Below are positions 1-9,380 of a stretch of 64,000 bases of DNA, piece by piece. Positions within the stretch are counted from its first letter, which is position 1. The number at the start of each line of letters is the position of its first letter. The notes beneath the pieces are model-generated. The model was given only the letters and a program-made list of their open reading frames with translations, was not told where the DNA came from and did no database searches. The position numbers and the translations under genes were made by a program. The DNA is from a virus (taxonomy: Duplodnaviria; Caudoviricetes), in the IMG/VR virus record IMGVR_UViG_3300006930_000001, positions 1 to 64,000 of that record, one strand, 5' to 3'.

Positions 1-304
1 ACAATTCCAGGCGAGCGAGCGCATTCCACGCCACATGACTCGCATGAAGAAGTTCCGTATCCAGGTCACAATCCTCTTTCTTTTCTGATAACAGGTGTCG
101 AAGGAGGGCAGCGGTGTAGCGATGAAAACCATCAGGGACTGATTGCCATCCTCCACGGGTATACTTGTTAGCGCCATATGTTCCGACTTCAGCGACGGAT
201 AATAGTGCTCTACCAAAATCGAGGAGCAAGTCGGCTGAAGGCTTTCCTGCATCGAGTTTGGCTCCAGGAGAATGCTGATCAATCCCATTGGGATCATGTT
301 CCAT
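1..304 (-). CDS. dATP/dGTP diphosphohydrolase N-terminal-like protein (DUF5664-like), 3' end runs off the window
   Basis: Not in ORF track; hand translation from ATG at 304: MEHDPNGIDQHSPGAKLDAGKPSADLLLDFGRALLSVAEVGTYGANKYTRGGWQSVPDGFHRYTAALLRHLL...LLHASHVAWNALARLEL; GAKxDxGK, GAxKY, RH and HxAWNAL motifs match the family. Confidence 0.8.
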   Translation of the reverse strand, partial: MEHDPNGIDQHSPGAKLDAGKPSADLLLDFGRALLSVAEVGTYGANKYTRGGWQSVPDGFHRYTAALLRHLLSEKKEDCDLDTELLHASHVAWNALARLEL

Positions 305-317
305 AAAAAAGAAGGGA

Positions 318-671
318 TCACTCAAAGGTGATGGTGAATGGCTCATCGGTTGAGAACAGTTTCCTGGCATTCTCCGGAGTGTCCTCGTATGAATAGACAC
401 CGATGGAGACCTTGACTTCGCCGGTCCTCATGCTTGCAGGAACATCGAAGAACCCAGTATCGATCTTGTCACCGGGCTTGAAGTCTGCCAGTTCCTTGAG
501 AATCTCGGTGCCATTGACATTCACCCGGACAACTGACTTGACTACTTCGGTGATGTCCTGGATTCGCTCAAATCGATAGAAAAACCTGCTGGTTGATGCC
601 GGAACTTCAATACTTTTCTTTGGGTTAGCATCTCCTGCCTTCCCGGTCCACAGTCCGTTGATTTCGAACAT
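318..671 (-). CDS. Hypothetical beta-rich (possibly Ig-like) protein
   Basis: ORF track 318-680 starts at TTG; ATG at 671 preferred; followed by a T-run. Confidence 0.6.
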   Translation of the reverse strand: MFEINGLWTGKAGDANPKKSIEVPASTSRFFYRFERIQDITEVVKSVVRVNVNGTEILKELADFKPGDKIDTGFFDVPASMRTGEVKVSIGVYSYEDTPENARKLFSTDEPFTITFE

Positions 672-710
672 ACAATACAATGTATGATCTACTGGTATAA
701 AAAAGAGATG

Positions 711-1535
711 TTACTGCATGGTTGCAGTATCAATCGTGGATGCAGTTCCATTGGAAACAGAAGATGTGTCACCGAAACCAAGTGGTTTTGAAAAATCACT
801 ATATCTGTTTTTGATAGATTCTCTGTAACTGCCAGTCGAATTACCAATCGCAGTATACCGTTCTTTAACAGAATTTCTGTAATCCATATTTGGTGAACGT
901 GGATCTGAACCTGCTGCAGTATTGATGGCTGTCCATGCAGTAAACATACCATTACCACCTTCTGACTTGTAATCTGTGGTAACATCAATCCCATCCACAA
1001 CCTGGTCAGTAGCATAATGTGCCATGTCACTCATGCCAATAGCGCCAAATGATACATCCTGGTAAGACGGTGTTTGTCCAGCATCAGTCTGTGTAGTCAC
1101 GTTCTGCGTGGTATTTGTGGAATTAGTTTCATTTGTTAGATTGGATGGCGTTGTTACTGTGGAATATACTGGAGGAATGGCTACCCTGTTATCATATGCG
1201 TGAATAGAGTCTTCATAGATTACTCCTCCATCAGATTCCATTTCTGTTGACGAATCCATATAATTTGATACAGATGCATCAAGCGTTACATTCCTCTGAT
1301 AAACATTGTAACCTGCGCCCGATATGGCCGAATGTCGTGATTCTCCACCTTGGAAATCTGAATCTCCACCAATTGCATTGCCACCAATGTTCCAATCATG
1401 TTGTGATGATGCAATGATGCCACCATCTGCGCTGATATACACTTCAGTGTTTACAGTGGATGGGGATCCTGCGCAGGCAACACCCACGAACAGCAATAGG
1501 ATTACTGCTGTGTGCCACATTTTAAACCACAACAT
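711..1535 (-). CDS. Secreted Ser/Thr/Asn-rich protein with signal peptide
   Basis: N-terminal hydrophobic stretch MWHTAVILLLFVGVACA followed by GSPST; low-complexity TNETNSTNTTQN segment; ATG at 1520 is a possible alternative start. Confidence 0.7.
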   Translation of the reverse strand: MLWFKMWHTAVILLLFVGVACAGSPSTVNTEVYISADGGIIASSQHDWNIGGNAIGGDSDFQGGESRHSAISGAGYNVYQRNVTLDASVSNYMDSSTEMESDGGVIYEDSIHAYDNRVAIPPVYSTVTTPSNLTNETNSTNTTQNVTTQTDAGQTPSYQDVSFGAIGMSDMAHYATDQVVDGIDVTTDYKSEGGNGMFTAWTAINTAAGSDPRSPNMDYRNSVKERYTAIGNSTGSYRESIKNRYSDFSKPLGFGDTSSVSNGTASTIDTATMQ

Positions 1536-1680
1536 GCTCGCTTTACCTCTCGAACAAATTTGCGATACACTCTTTTTGTTCTGGATGCTTGCCTGGCTTC
1601 ATCCGTTGCCTTTGGTTCGGCAAAGATGTCTACATCGTTGTCCATGATCATCATATGCGCTCATCCGATTTATATCTGGT

Positions 1681-1691
1681 CGGGTATAAAA
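1681..1691 (+). promoter_or_regulatory. Repeated TATA-containing motif CGGGTATAAAA, copy 1
   Basis: Exact 11-mer also at 41622 and 42990, all intergenic; here 45 bp before the thyA start. Confidence 0.5.
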
Positions 1692-1725
1692 TGTTTAATA
1701 GGTTACAGAATATATCCTATAGGGC

Positions 1726-2511
1726 ATGAAGGTGATTGATTGCAAGACAATTGCTAATGCTCATGTTCTTTTGGTAAATTACGTCTTCAACGAAGGTATA
1801 CGGATGTATACAGAAGATGGCCAAAGTTGTATTGAGGCAGAACCTGTTGCAGTAACGATTCATAGACCCTGGTCAGAGAACGATGAGGATATGATTCATC
1901 CAGACAGTCCAGCACAGAGAAAAAAAGTTCTGGCTTATGTGGACCAGATTTTCAACGGTGCGAAAGGTTTTGAGTATACATATCACGAACGGCTTGCAGA
2001 ATACAAGCGTATCAATGGTAGCATCTCTGCAATTATCGCAAATGTCAAAGCATGCCTTTGTAATGATTCTTTGATAGCAGATCTTGATGTTGTAGAAGAA
2101 TTGGCAATGGATGTCGAAGAACCAGTAGATCAGATCGACGCATTGATTGATCACTTAAAGCACGAACCAATGACACGGAGAGCAGTGGCCATTACCTGGT
2201 ATCCCTGGAAGGATCCCAATACACAGCACGTTCCATGTCTGCAGTTCATACAGTTTAAGACAAGGAAAGTAAAATTTGGAAGACTGTTCTGGTTACTCGG
2301 CAAAAAACCAATTCTTGATATGTATGTTCTGTTCCGGTCAGAAGATGTTCTCGGAGCCTTTGGCCAAAATGCAGTAGGTTTTGCAGCACTACAAAGGTAT
2401 GTGGCCGATTGCATTGGTTTTGAAATTGGAAAATATGAACATATTGTTACGATTCCACATTTCTATCCAAATACTAATGCACCCGAAATGAAACGGATGA
2501 CAAAATGCTAA
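1726..2511 (+). CDS. thyA: Thymidylate synthase (archaeal-type ThyA)
   Basis: RRAVAITW, catalytic HVPCLQ, FRSEDVLGAFGQN (dUMP-specificity Asn retained), PHFY. Confidence 0.85.
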   Translation: MKVIDCKTIANAHVLLVNYVFNEGIRMYTEDGQSCIEAEPVAVTIHRPWSENDEDMIHPDSPAQRKKVLAYVDQIFNGAKGFEYTYHERLAEYKRINGSISAIIANVKACLCNDSLIADLDVVEELAMDVEEPVDQIDALIDHLKHEPMTRRAVAITWYPWKDPNTQHVPCLQFIQFKTRKVKFGRLFWLLGKKPILDMYVLFRSEDVLGAFGQNAVGFAALQRYVADCIGFEIGKYEHIVTIPHFYPNTNAPEMKRMTKC

Positions 2512-4577
2512 ACGATATATTATCGAGGGGATACCTCAAAAAAGGCGAGAAATCCTGGGAAGACATTGCATTAAGGGTTTCTAAATTTGCTGGTGGAAAA
2601 GAAATGTTCAGATTGATGTGTGATAAGAAATTGATACCAGCAAGTCCATTTCTCATCAATGCAGGGACAGATCATCCACAATGTTTCTCATGCTTTGTTC
2701 TTCCATTGGAAGATAACCTGAAAAGTATTTTCCAATTCTACACAGAGGCAGCAACCATTTTCAAGTCATCTGGTGGAGTAGGAGCAAACTGGAGCAAACT
2801 TCGTCCAGTAGGATCTCCATTATCTGGTGGGGGGACTACCAGTGGTGTAATTTCCTTCATGGAAATCTTTGATCAGGTGATTGAAAAGGTAAAACAAGGT
2901 GGTATGAAAAAAGGTGCTGCTCTTGCATGCCTTGATATAACCCATCCAGAAGTGGAAGATTTTATCAGATCTAAACTCATCAAAGGTTCACTTACCAACA
3001 TGAACATCTCACCAATTGTTCGTGACGATTTCATGAGAAGGGTAACAAAGAAAGATCCAGAGGCACTTCGTTTATTCAATCTCATTGTTGATTGCACCTG
3101 GAAATGTTCAGAACCTGGAATGTTATTTATCGATACAGCAAACCGTGATAATACAGTCCCTGGTCTCGGGGATTACGAATCCACAAATCCATGCGGAGAG
3201 TTATGGTTACTGGATTATGAATGTTGTTGTCTATGTGGAATCAATCTTGTTCCATTCTGTAATGGTATGAAGGTTGACTTTGGTGGTCTTGAAAAGGCAG
3301 TAAGAACTGCTATACGGTTCATGGATGAAGCAATCGACAAGAACGAATACCCAATCCCTCAGATAGAAGAGATGTCAAAGAGAACCAGGAGAATCGGATT
3401 ATATCCACTTGGTGTTGCTGATGTCCTGGTAAATGCAAAATTACCATACAATTCAAAAGATGGCAGAGCATTCATAGAATCAATCTGGGAATTTGTAAAT
3501 AAGATTGCTTGGGATGAATCGGTAAAACTTGGACAAAAACTTGGACAATTCCCTGCACATGAACACAGAGATACAAATCTTGTCCCAGAAGGTGCCAGGA
3601 ATGCATCTGTTACTTGTGCTGCCCCAGGTGGAACAACCAGTTTTATAGCAGGTTCAAATTATGGGATAGAGCCATTCACATCATTTGTATCTATTCGAAG
3701 GAATGGTGCTGGAGAAGGTATGATCATCGAACCTCATTTCGAAGAGATGCTCGATACCATATGCCCAGAACATAAACAGGAAGCGATAGACCATTGCTTA
3801 AAGACAGGATCGATACATGACCTGGACTTTATACCGTCTGAAATACGTAAGGTATTTGTGACCGCCTATGGAATCTCATGGAAGGACCATATTGACATGC
3901 AGGTCATATTCCAGAAGTTATGTCATGGTGGATCTATTTCGAAGACTGTGAACCTGCCAGAGAGCACCACAAGAGAAGATATCGCTGAAGCCTATATCTA
4001 CGCATGGAAGAAGGGATGTAAAGGGATCACATTCTACCGGGAAGGAACCAGGGATGCGGTCTATAATCTGCAGAAGGAAAAGATCAAAAGGACCGGCCCA
4101 GACTACAAAGTCCCAAAGACAGCACCTGCCATCAGATACAATGTCAATGTAGGATGTGGCCGGATGTCAGTAATCGTCGTCGGGGATCCCGAGACCTATG
4201 AACCCATCGAAGTCTGGATGATACCGGTATCTGGAGGAGGATGTGCAGGTCATTGTAGTGGAGAAGGCAGGACCATCAGTAATGCTCTCCAGTATGGTTT
4301 CCCTCCAGAAAGATTTGCATCGAGTATGGGAAAAGTGGTTTGCAAAGCATGTGCAAACAAAGAAAAACTTGATGGAAAATCATGTCCTGATGCTGCAGGA
4401 AGAAAATTGATTCAGTTTATCAAGGATTCTCCTGTTATGTTCAACCAGGTAAAAGAAGACCTTGAAGATGTTATTCAAGGCAAAAAAGAAGGTGTATGCC
4501 CGGATTGTGGTGCAGAACTTGAACATGCCCAGGGCTGTGTAGCCTGCCGATCATGTGGTTGGTCTGGGTGTTCGTAA
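2505..4577 (+). CDS. nrdJ: Class II (adenosylcobalamin-dependent) ribonucleotide reductase with C-terminal TSCPD-like and Zn-ribbon regions
   Basis: PASPFL, CFSCFV, GGVG, TNPCGE catalytic motif, RRIGL, APGGTTS, ISKTVN, FYREG; KSCPDA and CPDCG...CRSCGWSGC at the C-terminus; no small subunit gene nearby. Confidence 0.92.
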   Translation: MLNDILSRGYLKKGEKSWEDIALRVSKFAGGKEMFRLMCDKKLIPASPFLINAGTDHPQCFSCFVLPLEDNLKSIFQFYTEAATIFKSSGGVGANWSKLRPVGSPLSGGGTTSGVISFMEIFDQVIEKVKQGGMKKGAALACLDITHPEVEDFIRSKLIKGSLTNMNISPIVRDDFMRRVTKKDPEALRLFNLIVDCTWKCSEPGMLFIDTANRDNTVPGLGDYESTNPCGELWLLDYECCCLCGINLVPFCNGMKVDFGGLEKAVRTAIRFMDEAIDKNEYPIPQIEEMSKRTRRIGLYPLGVADVLVNAKLPYNSKDGRAFIESIWEFVNKIAWDESVKLGQKLGQFPAHEHRDTNLVPEGARNASVTCAAPGGTTSFIAGSNYGIEPFTSFVSIRRNGAGEGMIIEPHFEEMLDTICPEHKQEAIDHCLKTGSIHDLDFIPSEIRKVFVTAYGISWKDHIDMQVIFQKLCHGGSISKTVNLPESTTREDIAEAYIYAWKKGCKGITFYREGTRDAVYNLQKEKIKRTGPDYKVPKTAPAIRYNVNVGCGRMSVIVVGDPETYEPIEVWMIPVSGGGCAGHCSGEGRTISNALQYGFPPERFASSMGKVVCKACANKEKLDGKSCPDAAGRKLIQFIKDSPVMFNQVKEDLEDVIQGKKEGVCPDCGAELEHAQGCVACRSCGWSGCS

Positions 4578-5272
4578 TGGCACTACGATTCAGCAAATCC
4601 AGTATTGGAGACTACAATAACTGCCCCAGGAAATACTACCTCAAGAAATTCACTCTCATGGGTAGACAACCAATGCAGAACGAACCTGATTATCTCACGA
4701 ATGGTAAACGGGTTCACACCTACGCAGAGAATTATAATCGTGGCATAGAGGATCCTGTAGACAATGAAAATGAGTTTGTCATAACCAATGTGGCAAATTT
4801 TCATTGTATCCTTAATTCTTTTGGATTGGATCGTGCAAAGTATGCAGAAATGAAGCATTACGATGAAGTTCTTGACTTGGTTGGTGTGGTGGATGCAATC
4901 TATGAAGTTATTGTAGCAAATCCAAAGACAGAAGAATTTGTAACCGAATACTGGCTCATCGACTACAAGACCGGCAAGTATCGTGAGTCAAAGAAGACAG
5001 AGATGCGGTTTGAACTTTATCTGTATGTTTACCTGGCAGAAAAGTTCATGGACATTAAAATAGATAAAATTGGGATGTTCTATACGCAATTCCCGGAGTG
5101 TTCATTTGTAGAAAAGATGGCAAGGAAAAAGATTGATAGTAATGTTCTGAAGTTCCAGAATGCTGTTCAGAAGATAAGATCTCTTGACTTTCATCGTATA
5201 GAAGGTCCATTGTGCAAACATTGCGAATTCATCTACTGTTGTGAATCTTACAAGGATGAGATAATTGACTAA
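4577..5272 (+). CDS. PD-(D/E)xK Cas4/RecB-like exonuclease with probable Fe-S cluster
   Basis: N-terminal NCPRKYY, LVGVVDA, LIDYKTG, ELYLY, C-terminal CKHCEFIYCC; ATG at 4577 overlaps the nrdJ stop. Confidence 0.85.
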   Translation: MALRFSKSSIGDYNNCPRKYYLKKFTLMGRQPMQNEPDYLTNGKRVHTYAENYNRGIEDPVDNENEFVITNVANFHCILNSFGLDRAKYAEMKHYDEVLDLVGVVDAIYEVIVANPKTEEFVTEYWLIDYKTGKYRESKKTEMRFELYLYVYLAEKFMDIKIDKIGMFYTQFPECSFVEKMARKKIDSNVLKFQNAVQKIRSLDFHRIEGPLCKHCEFIYCCESYKDEIID

Positions 5273-6221
5273 AATACTCTATAACATTTTTCCCAGGCAA
5301 ATAGCGATGCCATACAGGATCACTGTCATAGAAAAAGATTTTTATGATTATATCAATTGCTATAACGGAAAGAAACGGTTATTTTCGTCCGTATACAATT
5401 ACACAGGCAATTTTGAGTATGACAGGATAGCACTAAAGGTTGACAAAGTATTCTTTGATTTTGATGGCGATGATTGCCTGAAAAATGTATGGGATTTCGT
5501 TAATGAATGTATAAAAAATGATTACAAGTTTATTACATTCTTCTCTGGTGCTGGATTTCATGTATACGTGTTTACCACAGCAAAACATCTTGATAATCCA
5601 AAACTTGCACTCACACGATTCCAAATGATGTTTTCTGGCATGGATAGAACATCGATTGGTGATGTGGCAAGGGTGGCTACGATCCCGAATACGTATAATA
5701 CCAAACGTGGCCGGTTTTGCATTCCTGTCACTCTGGGAGACTTATCATTGGGATATGAACATATCAGAGAACTTGCAACCGAACAACGGTACGATATTCA
5801 ATTCTATGGAGATACACTGGTAGATCTATCAACATTTGATGGTCCGGAAGAAGAACGCCATTACCATGTCTTTGATGAACCCCGTGTAGAAATTGAAGAG
5901 ATAAAAGAACTTCCGCCATGTATAAACGATTTATTATCATATGAAAAGAAAGGATTTAGAGGGAGGTTTCTAATCATCGTATACCTGAAAGATGCAGGAT
6001 ACCTTGAGAATCAAATAGAGGATATCATACGCAAATATTGTGCAGGGAAAGAAGCAGAACACTGCATTAAAGAAGAGAGACAGGTAAAATATCTTTATTG
6101 GAAAGATATCATGTTTCCGTCATGTGATCAAATGAAATGTGATGGAAGATGTCCTGTAGTCGATTTCTGCGAATTTACCAGACCTTATGGTAATAAGCAT
6201 CTCGTAAAAATCTACAAATGA
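5265..6221 (+). CDS. Archaeo-eukaryotic primase (PriS-like) fused to a PriL-like C-terminal domain
   Basis: VFFDFDGD (motif I), FFSGAGFHVY (motif II), DVARVATIPNTYN (motif III); C-terminal LPPCI...FPSCDQMKCDGRCP. Confidence 0.85.
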   Translation: MTKILYNIFPRQIAMPYRITVIEKDFYDYINCYNGKKRLFSSVYNYTGNFEYDRIALKVDKVFFDFDGDDCLKNVWDFVNECIKNDYKFITFFSGAGFHVYVFTTAKHLDNPKLALTRFQMMFSGMDRTSIGDVARVATIPNTYNTKRGRFCIPVTLGDLSLGYEHIRELATEQRYDIQFYGDTLVDLSTFDGPEEERHYHVFDEPRVEIEEIKELPPCINDLLSYEKKGFRGRFLIIVYLKDAGYLENQIEDIIRKYCAGKEAEHCIKEERQVKYLYWKDIMFPSCDQMKCDGRCPVVDFCEFTRPYGNKHLVKIYK

Positions 6222-6335
6222 ACATTAAAATGCTTGACCAGATGTTTGGAATGGGTCTGGTCTATGCAAACGAAGATTACGTTCAATTTATGGTCCTGGG
6301 TGATTGCCAATTACCAGGACAAGTGAGGGAACAAC

Positions 6336-6974
6336 TTGCTGAAGATAGATTACAGGGAACCAGCAGACATCATTGCTGCGGTTCAGAAGGAAGCGAAGAA
6401 GAGAAAGATTTCTACGAGTGTTGAACAACTGCCTTGTGGAGATTTCGTCTGGGAAGATACCGGGATCTGCATTGAGAGAAAGACAGTGGCCGATTTTGCC
6501 ATGTCTTGGAAGGATGAACGTATCAAACATCAACTTATGAGAATGGCAGGCTTCCCGCACCCATACGTGTTCATCTCAGGCCCTATACAGGACTGTATAA
6601 TCTATGGACGGGATAAACCTTGGGTATGGACAATATCAAGGCATGACCTGGCCAAATTATCAGTCTCATCAAAGTATAACGTGAAGGTGATCCAGGTTCT
6701 GAATGACATGAAATTGATCGATGCAGTTTTTGACATAAAGGACTATTACGATGATTTTGCACAGAATGGCATTGGGTATGCTCTGATTAAACAAATAAGA
6801 AAATCAGATGTCATAGATCCAAATTATGTCATGTTCATGACCATTCCCGGTATCGGAAAAAAGAAAGCCAAAGATCTAATGGAACGATACAAAAAATTTA
6901 CCGAATTCTTATCGGACTACAAATCCATCAAATTGCCCAAATCAAGCATAGAATTTCTTGAAAAGATTATTTAG
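6336..6974 (+). CDS. ERCC4/XPF-family nuclease with HhH motif
   Basis: IDYREP, LPCGDFVW, ICIERKTVADF, IPGIGKKKA; TTG start preceded by GTGAGGG. Confidence 0.88.
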   Translation: MLKIDYREPADIIAAVQKEAKKRKISTSVEQLPCGDFVWEDTGICIERKTVADFAMSWKDERIKHQLMRMAGFPHPYVFISGPIQDCIIYGRDKPWVWTISRHDLAKLSVSSKYNVKVIQVLNDMKLIDAVFDIKDYYDDFAQNGIGYALIKQIRKSDVIDPNYVMFMTIPGIGKKKAKDLMERYKKFTEFLSDYKSIKLPKSSIEFLEKII

Positions 6975-8973
6975 GCATTAAAATCCTATTTTTGACATTT
7001 GGGGATGTTGCAGTAACATGATCTCCAATGAATGTATACCCAGATAAATGGGAATATACTGGAACAGCAAATACTGTGAACCCGGATATTGTAGCACTAC
7101 CTACATTCATCATCCTTGCATGAATATGTGTATCTGTTGTCGGTTTAACAATTATAGTCCTCTTGAATATGGCTATTGACGGTGAACCATAATCTCCCGG
7201 AGTTATATCTTTCATAACACAATGCATGCCACCGGCATTGTAATCTATGCATTTATAATTGCTATATTCTGATGCAGTGTCTGGTAATGGGACTACTCCA
7301 CCCACAGGTGGTGTTCCATTGATATAATCGTTAAGAAATTGTCTCCAGTATGCTATATAATTGGCATCAGTATATTCCTCATTTAATGAATTTGTATACA
7401 GACCAAGATCTACAACACATCTACCATATGGCTGTGATATATAGAAATATAAATCATATATACCTGGTTTAAGATCTGATAATTGGTATATTGGATAATC
7501 TTGGACATGGCTTTTCAATGCAGCAACCTCTGCTATTGGACGATTGCCACCAATTGGAAATAGTGTTCCACTATTTTCTTTGTTTATGGAGAAAGTATAC
7601 TTGGTAAGTCCACGTTCGTAATTGGATCCATCATAATGTGCAATCACTAATATTCCTGCATTAATATAGTATGTCGGTCCATCTGATGGTAAAATAAATC
7701 TGCAATAGAGCGATCCACCATTTTTAAACTTCCCTGGTGTTATTGTAGTGGTGGTATTAACTGATCTATCAAATGTCCAGGTAGATCCCACATATACCAG
7801 GAGAAGTTTTACTTCTATGGAAGTGACTCTTGAACCATCATTGATATTAAATTCGACAGGAACATAAACCACATTATCTGAACCCTCTACGACTACAGGA
7901 ACATCTTCTCCTGGGTATGGTGCAGTAACAGTGATATTTAATCCAGTTGCAAGTGTTCCACCAGTAGAAGAACCTTCTACAGCGGTTTCTTCTGTTTCTG
8001 CTATTGATATTATATTTCCTGCAATTATTTGTGTCTTTAATCTATTATAGAATATCTGTGGTTCTCCAATTGAATCAAGATCCCAATAAAAACTTGCATT
8101 ATTGCTTATATTTGTAACATGATTTGATCCATCTATCAATAATGCACTACTTGATCCAATTTCTTTTGCATCTGGAGCACGCTTGATATAATCGTATGGA
8201 CCATATGGTGTATTGAACATACTCTTTGTGGCATTGCATTTTATCTCCCATGCAATGTTGGTGATAAGTTTAAATCCACCACGATTGATTATGATATATG
8301 ATATATCAACAATTGGTCCATCTACACCAGAATCATCTACACAGGTATTAACTTGTATCTTTGCAACATTATCACCTGCATCAAGTAGTTCACAAAATAC
8401 ACGATACCCAAGATAATCTATTGGAGTTATTTCAAATGAATTTACTTGTATCTTATCCCAATTTCCTGCAGCAAGAGATATAGTCTGTGTACTGTTTGAT
8501 GCTGAAAGAGATCCAGAAATTACACTTGTACTGACTGGAGGCAATCCAAAATATGAACCTATGCCTTGTAGTTTGTAGAAATCCTTTGGAAAGAAATATC
8601 CATTTAATACATATGGAGAAGCAAATGAAAATACAGTTTCTGGTTTAAAATCTGTTATTATGAGATATCCTTCTATAATATTGCTATATTTTACAACAGA
8701 AATCGATCCTGGTAATACCTCTACCTTTTCATCCAATACATCTATCTGTATTTCTATAGCATCATCAAATGACATTGATTCAAGGTATCGTAATGTAATA
8801 TCCTTATCATCACCGTATATTGTTCCGGTAATCTCTACACGATGGACATTACCCTTAAATTTAGAAACACTGTATCCTCTGAAGTCCCTTGATATCTGAT
8901 GTTCGTTTTCAAGACGACTTTCGAATGTCTCAACATTTATTTTAAGGTTCACACCTGTTGGATCTATCAACAT
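6967..8973 (-). CDS. Tail tip / receptor-binding-associated protein (668 aa)
   Basis: Last gene of the morphogenesis block after tape measure and hub; beta-rich; no recognisable motif. Confidence 0.55.
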   Translation of the reverse strand: MLIDPTGVNLKINVETFESRLENEHQISRDFRGYSVSKFKGNVHRVEITGTIYGDDKDITLRYLESMSFDDAIEIQIDVLDEKVEVLPGSISVVKYSNIIEGYLIITDFKPETVFSFASPYVLNGYFFPKDFYKLQGIGSYFGLPPVSTSVISGSLSASNSTQTISLAAGNWDKIQVNSFEITPIDYLGYRVFCELLDAGDNVAKIQVNTCVDDSGVDGPIVDISYIIINRGGFKLITNIAWEIKCNATKSMFNTPYGPYDYIKRAPDAKEIGSSSALLIDGSNHVTNISNNASFYWDLDSIGEPQIFYNRLKTQIIAGNIISIAETEETAVEGSSTGGTLATGLNITVTAPYPGEDVPVVVEGSDNVVYVPVEFNINDGSRVTSIEVKLLLVYVGSTWTFDRSVNTTTTITPGKFKNGGSLYCRFILPSDGPTYYINAGILVIAHYDGSNYERGLTKYTFSINKENSGTLFPIGGNRPIAEVAALKSHVQDYPIYQLSDLKPGIYDLYFYISQPYGRCVVDLGLYTNSLNEEYTDANYIAYWRQFLNDYINGTPPVGGVVPLPDTASEYSNYKCIDYNAGGMHCVMKDITPGDYGSPSIAIFKRTIIVKPTTDTHIHARMMNVGSATISGFTVFAVPVYSHLSGYTFIGDHVTATSPNVKNRILMPK

Positions 8974-9380
8974 AATACAGTGCCCTCTATCCTGAATTTT
9001 CTGGTCAATCCAAACGATTCAACAAATATAGAATTTATCAACATCGATCCTGTCCTGGTGTCAAATGTATAAGTTATCACAGGATCAAGATTTTCCAATG
9101 CCAATTTATATTCTTCTATTGTCATGTAATCTGTATCAGGAATCAATCCATCCAGTTCATAACTTACAGCATCATCCTTCAACACACCAGTTATAGTGAT
9201 ATTATACCTACGGGACAACGATTTAATCGGGACTGGATAATACACTGCAGTTTTTTTAAATTTCTTAATATCTACAGTGTTTGATATTGATGGACTTGAT
9301 ATATCAGCAAATGGTAATCGTAATACCTTTTTTACATCGCCATCTGTATAATGACGTAAAGCAAGTCTATTATAAGTCAT
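8967..9380 (-). CDS. Distal tail-like small protein
   Basis: Position between hub-like and tip genes; overlapping start/stop codons. Confidence 0.5.
   Translation of the reverse strand: MTYNRLALRHYTDGDVKKVLRLPFADISSPSISNTVDIKKFKKTAVYYPVPIKSLSRRYNITITGVLKDDAVSYELDGLIPDTDYMTIEEYKLALENLDPVITYTFDTRTGSMLINSIFVESFGLTRKFRIEGTVLC

Noticed and set aside
2505-4577. Intein or intron in RNR or terminase
   Set aside because: Lengths (690 and 481 aa) are ordinary and no intein splice motifs were seen
4577-5272. Cas4 as evidence of a CRISPR-Cas system
   Set aside because: No cas1/cas2 or array; stand-alone Cas4-like nucleases are common in archaeal virus replication modules
6218-6424. 68-aa ORF between primase and ERCC4
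   Set aside because: Overlaps ERCC4 by 89 bp and has no motif; the N-terminal part may be real but cannot be supported
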